From: Lepidodermella squamata
Lineage: Eukaryota > Animalia > Gastrotricha
Direction: 5' to 3'
DNA: 64,000 bases
NCBI GenBank assembly: GCA_047495785.1
Contig: JBLDXI010000015.1
Coordinates: 1,302,001 to 1,366,000 of the forward strand
Below, piece after piece: positions 59,358 to 64,000 of this stretch (position 1 is the stretch's first letter; each line of letters starts with the position of its first letter). The notes below the pieces were generated by a model. The model was not told where the DNA came from, did no database searches, and saw only the letters and a list, made by a program, of their open reading frames with translations. The translations under genes and the position numbers were made by a program.

Positions 59358-60959
59358 TCAAACTGCAGAGCAAAGATTTGTTTTACAGTCATCACGATTA
59401 GCACCTCTTTCCAAAAGAAGTCGAACAACATCGCCTCGTGAGTAAGAGGCAGCCTTACTCAGGGCAGTTTCGCCATTCCAAGTGGATGAAGGGTTTTCTA
59501 TTCTGAAATTAACGTTCGCACCACTGTCTAACAATTGCTGAACAACATTTGAGTTCCCAGCTAATGCAGCAAATATCAAAGGTGTGGCTCCGAAAATGTC
59601 ATCGGTTTCGTCCGCCTTAGCCCCTTTGTCCAGGAGTAACTTGACAATATCTGCCCGGGCGTATTCAGAGCTTGAAGCTACCATTAAGGCTGTCCGGCTG
59701 TTCCAATCTTTCGCTTCGATCATGTCATTGGTTTCGCCTTGCAAGTCCCCTTGCTCCAGAAGGTATTTAGCCGTCGCAAAATTTCCAATCTCAACAGCTA
59801 GGTGAAGCGGGGTTTTCAGTTCGTAGGACTCTTTAGCATTAATATCTGCCCCGCCCTCTTCCACCAGAGCTTTAACCACTGCTAAAGATCCATTGCAGAG
59901 AATGACGCGGTGCAAGGCTGTTGAGTTGATAATTGTAGCTTGCCTTGGATAGCAGTTCCTCATTGTTGGGCTTCTCTCATCAACGAGGCTCTTATCAGTT
60001 TTCAGAACTCGGCAAATTTCTTCGACGTTGTTTGCTAGCAGCGCCGAATTGAACATTGAAATAAGTGTTTGCCGTGATAGCTTAAACGTGGCTTCGGTTG
60101 TAGTTCTTATAGCCGAATATGTCGAAAGCGGTGAGTCTTGAGTGGGCCCTGAGACATCACCTGATTGAGAGCACGACCCAGGTAGAGACCAGCTAGAATT
60201 AGCCAGGCACTGTACAAAAGCTCGACCGATAACTTCAAAGCCAGCGGGGCATTTGAAGTACCTCTTTGAGCCAACTCTGGCAGGTGGATTTCCCGGCTCT
60301 TTTATAAAACGGCCACCATTGGTTAGTCTTGGAAGGGCGAGGCGATCACAATCTAAGGGAAATATAGGTATAAGACAGAAATTTAGGAGGCAATCGATGG
60401 TTTTACAAGGTACTATATCACATCCTGTTAATATGTCCTGGATAGGAGGAATCCAGTCACCACTTGCGGTGCAAGACGTTGTCCGGGGGCTATCGCTTTG
60501 CCTCGTATTGTCAAAGCAATGAACTGATAGGTTGTCACCAAGGCCAAGTGAAGCTTGTGGGCCTACAATGAGACCATTCGATGTCAACAATTTTGCGCCG
60601 TCCAACATGTTTTCCAGATCTGGAACTCTGCATTCAACTAAGTCAGTTGGTTTCACGGTCGTTGGAGGGTCAAGGAGAGTTCCATCCCCAAAACAACTAC
60701 CGAAGCTTGTGTGAAAAGTACCGAGTTCAGTGCAGAGGACGAAAGGACTGCCGATATGAACCATATTATCCGGAATGGTACAGTTGACGTAGATAATAGT
60801 TCCAGGGTCAACTTGAGAATCTCCATTCAATATGGTTCCATCGATTAGTTTCAGCACCATGCCACTGGTAACCAGAGTTAATTCTGATGGTAATCGGCAT
60901 GTTACTGCTAGACACTGAGGGGCGAAAACTAGCAGGAATAAAGCCGATAGTTTTATCAT
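59358..60959 (-). CDS. Signal peptide + 3 Sushi/CCP-like domains + ankyrin repeats, intronless
   Basis: MIKLSALFLLVFAPQCLA; Sushi patterns such as FKCPAGFEVIGRAFVQCLANSSWSLPGSC; ankyrin repeats TALHRV, TPLHLAV, TALMVAS, TPLIFAA, TALSKAA. Confidence 0.85.
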   Translation of the reverse strand: MIKLSALFLLVFAPQCLAVTCRLPSELTLVTSGMVLKLIDGTILNGDSQVDPGTIIYVNCTIPDNMVHIGSPFVLCTELGTFHTSFGSCFGDGTLLDPPTTVKPTDLVECRVPDLENMLDGAKLLTSNGLIVGPQASLGLGDNLSVHCFDNTRQSDSPRTTSCTASGDWIPPIQDILTGCDIVPCKTIDCLLNFCLIPIFPLDCDRLALPRLTNGGRFIKEPGNPPARVGSKRYFKCPAGFEVIGRAFVQCLANSSWSLPGSCSQSGDVSGPTQDSPLSTYSAIRTTTEATFKLSRQTLISMFNSALLANNVEEICRVLKTDKSLVDERSPTMRNCYPRQATIINSTALHRVILCNGSLAVVKALVEEGGADINAKESYELKTPLHLAVEIGNFATAKYLLEQGDLQGETNDMIEAKDWNSRTALMVASSSEYARADIVKLLLDKGAKADETDDIFGATPLIFAALAGNSNVVQQLLDSGANVNFRIENPSSTWNGETALSKAASYSRGDVVRLLLERGANRDDCKTNLCSAV

Positions 60960-61056
60960 CACGTTTTTATTTACGCGAAACACATCGAAACACGGGTGTA
61001 AAACAAACAACAAGCAAGGATTGGTTTCAGCGAGGGTGAAGAGAAAATGTTCGCCA

Positions 61057-62501
61057 CTACTGAGGAGAATCATGAGGTGCAGGTTTTGGAACAACATTAT
61101 CTGGTGGCTGCTGCTTTGGTGGACGGGTGTTTGTAAACTCCCGTTGTGGAGGTCGGAAATTCCAAAGGTTTTTGGGAACATAGAAATCTTCCAAGGACCA
61201 TGTTGAATTTGATACAGGACTACTCGGTCTATGCAGGAACTGAACGCGCCAATGAATCCAAGCATTTACAATCTGAAAGAAAAGACGTATAACTTATTTA
61301 ATTTCAAGTCGGTAATATTTTACCCATTTTTCGCCTTGGATTACAGGGCAGGAAGCGTGCTTCACGCGATAGTCGATGGTCTCATTTCTGTGATAATTGT
61401 ACCAAAACAATCCCGATCCTATCTCGGGCTTCACACGAAGAGCTATTTCGTTGAAAATCGTCGCGCCTCCTTCTTCGACCTCATTGAGATGCAGCAGAAG
61501 GGTTGACATTCGGTCGCCTCTGTCACCTGAACCTCGCATGTTCGTATCAATGTGGGGCATGTAGTCTAGAATACATTCTTTAAACCACCTCTATATAATA
61601 ATAGCTGAAACTTACGCCCTCCAATAGGAAACCGAGTCGCATGATAATGCTCCAGGCCATCGCTTCTAACATTCAAGCCTAAGTAAGCCTCGATCCGCTT
61701 AGTCAAAGCGGGCAGAGTATCGTTATCAACGTAGGTTGAGTAGTCGTAGCGGTATCTGCGATGAGATCCTTCTTCGATCTCACGATTATCGTGATAAATC
61801 ACAGCGGTTTCGTGGATAATTTTGCTAGCGCTCTCTATGAATTTCTGCCCCTCTCCTCGGCTTATGATGTCGTGGAAAAGAACTACCAGTGGTTCTAAAC
61901 TGACAATCTCCTCTTTTATAGGAGATAGCAGTAGCAGAGGGTGATTGTTCCGAGTGTCATATCTGCAGAATAAATCAGGATTCGCCGAGTTATTGCGCTC
62001 GATTGGGCTGGAAATGTCATCCCTGCAGTATTCATAGTTGACATGTCGGTCGTTGAGACGTTTCGCCGCTTCGAGTTGTTTTTCAGGTGAGACCTTGTCA
62101 ATTGTGACAATACCATCAGCGAATTCGTCCGAAAGTCGTTGGGAACATTCAATAAAAGCGCCTTCGTATCGTTGTTTCTGAGACCTTTTTAGGCTCCCTT
62201 TCAGAGAGATGATGCGTTTGCAAACTGATATACCGAAGTCCTTCTTGCCCTTGAGGCGAAAAGCCGTGTATTCGATGAACTCGAGGATTTGAATCTCATG
62301 GTCGAGAAGACGTTCCTGGCCAAGTCGCTCGGATTCATTATAAGCCTGCCACGCTTTGTTGAATTTGTCGAAGGCTTTTTCAAACTCGCCGTTTTGGAAG
62401 TAGTCGAAGCCTTTTTTGAAGAATTTCTCGCATTTTTTGTTTGCGGGCGATGTTTCAGTAGAACACAACCCTACTAGTAAGAGGAGAACTAAGGCCCTCA
62501 T
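61057..62501 (-). CDS. P4HA: Prolyl 4-hydroxylase alpha subunit-like
   Basis: Exons 62501-61616, 61565-61324 and 61272-61057 (447 aa). HYMPHID, DRMSTLLLHLNEVEEGGATIF, HASCPVIQGEKW contain the Fe/2-oxoglutarate ligands. Confidence 0.9.
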
Positions 62502-62694
62502 TGCTCTGGTAAAACCACAATTTTTGATTTGAGGAAGGTGCTAGATAAAGGAGTAGTGACGTGGCAATCAATTCAATCACAATAGGGCGCTCATATTGAT
62601 CAATCCGTAAAGGACCGTCAGAATCCGAAATGAGTTAGCATGAGATCGCTTTTGTTTACGTTAATCGATTATTTGTGTACGACAACGCTCAGAC

Positions 62695-64000
62695 TCACTT
62701 GGTTTTCTTTATTTTATCGGCCTCCCAACCTATTTCAGCTTCTTCGTATAATCTATGGGGTGAAAAATCAGCCATATCTTTTGAGGTTCTTTTGATTTTT
62801 CGAGCGGCGGATGAGAGATGTAAATCTTTAAGAGCCCACAATTCGTTTCCTTTCAAGCCATGGGTACGATATAGGAACTGCCCTCGCCAGTTGAACCATT
62901 TATTCGAGACCTGAATAACGAAAAGAAATAACAACACACGTACAATATATATGTAATCAACTGACCCATTTCACGCCATCGAGAACAGGACAAGCTCCAT
63001 GTCGCATCCGCAGATCGTCCGTCTCATTTCTAAAGAAATTGTACCAAAATAACCCCGCTCCAGGCGTTGGTGGGACGTTAAGGCCTAAATGAGAGAAAAT
63101 AGTCGACCCGCCCTCTTTCACTTCATTCAAGTAGAGCAACATTGTAGCAATTCGATCCCCAAAGTTGCGATGAAAGCTTCCCGAAAGACCATCTATGTGA
63201 GGTAGGTAGTCTGAAAAGGCTGAATTAATTGTATAAAATCGCTGGTATCTTCAACTCACGTCCTCCTGTCTCGTAATATCCGATTTGATAAGCTTCAGCC
63301 CCGCCTTGAGCCGCGTACGGATTGAGGCCAGTGCAAGCCTCTATACGTTTAGTCAACCTCGGCACGAGATCTTTTTCGAGAAAAACGACTTTCTGAATTC
63401 GAATTTTAGGCTCTACAGTTGGTTTTTGTCCTGCTTCGGCATGGACGATTGCCGTCCCAAGTTTTCCAGATGCTTGATCGCGCAATGTCTTGCGTTGTCT
63501 CGGAGTTGCTACATTGTGCATAAGCACGACCATGGGATCAGTACTCAGCAATTCGTCTTTAACTGGATCAAGAACCAGTAATGGATTCCGGCCTCTATCA
63601 TCGTATCTGCAGAAAAGCTTTGGGTTTCGAGCTAGTCTCTGGTTCGAAAGTGCTGCAACATCCTGTCGGCAGAGCTTGTATAAAACATGCTTGTCGTGGA
63701 GATTTTTAGCCGCCAATTTTCTCTGCTCCTCTGTCCCATTGACCGCCGCCTTTTGCTCCTCCAGATAAATTTCGCTGAGATGCTTCTCGCAGTTCATAAT
63801 CGCAGGGGCATATTTTTCTCTCTGCTTTTGCGTTATTTCAATTTTGTTGAGCATTCTTTGGCAAATGGATGTAGCAAAGTCGCGCTTGTCTTTCAGGGAG
63901 AATATTACGATATTTTGAAGATAGTCCAGGATTTGAATTTCACCGTCAAAGTAATTGCGCTGGTTTTCTGCGACGGATTTATTGTATAGACGCCAAGACT
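62695..64000 (-). CDS. P4HA: Prolyl 4-hydroxylase alpha subunit-like, tandem paralog, 5' truncated by window edge
   Basis: LFCRYD..NPLLVLDPVK, HYLPHID, DRIATMLLYLNEVKEGGSTIF, HGACPVLDGVKW. Same two intron positions as the downstream paralog. Confidence 0.9.

Noticed and set aside
60960-61265. 102-codon N-terminal extension of the Sushi-ankyrin ORF
   Set aside because: It overlaps the last P4H exon in another frame and would bury the clear signal peptide at 60959.
1-64000. CRISPR arrays, rRNA, prokaryotic operons or intact transposase/RT genes
   Set aside because: None seen; the window is intron-containing eukaryotic DNA, and most small ORFs are antisense or alternate-frame shadows of real exons.

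Overview
Gene-dense eukaryotic DNA, most likely from a compact invertebrate animal genome (mostly 45-70 nt GT-AG introns). It is built largely from tandem paralog arrays. Protein-coding content: two HAD (PGP/PDXP-like) phosphatases, DHFR, eight related rhodopsin-class peptide-receptor-like GPCRs plus one FFAR4-like GPCR, three secreted triple-LamG-like proteins, four intronless Cys-loop channel subunits with almost no intracellular loop (one a mosaic pseudogene), three multi-Kunitz genes, an NHL-repeat protein, a signal peptide + Sushi + ankyrin protein and two prolyl 4-hydroxylase alpha genes. The most striking non-coding signals lie at 51.8-53.8 kb. They are a divergent pair of near-identical intronic tRNA genes (Arg-UCU and a copy whose anticodon reads UUU), a complete minimal type I hammerhead ribozyme, and an inverted, internally collapsed copy of the tRNA cassette. 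All exon structures and alignments were done by eye; no database searches were run.
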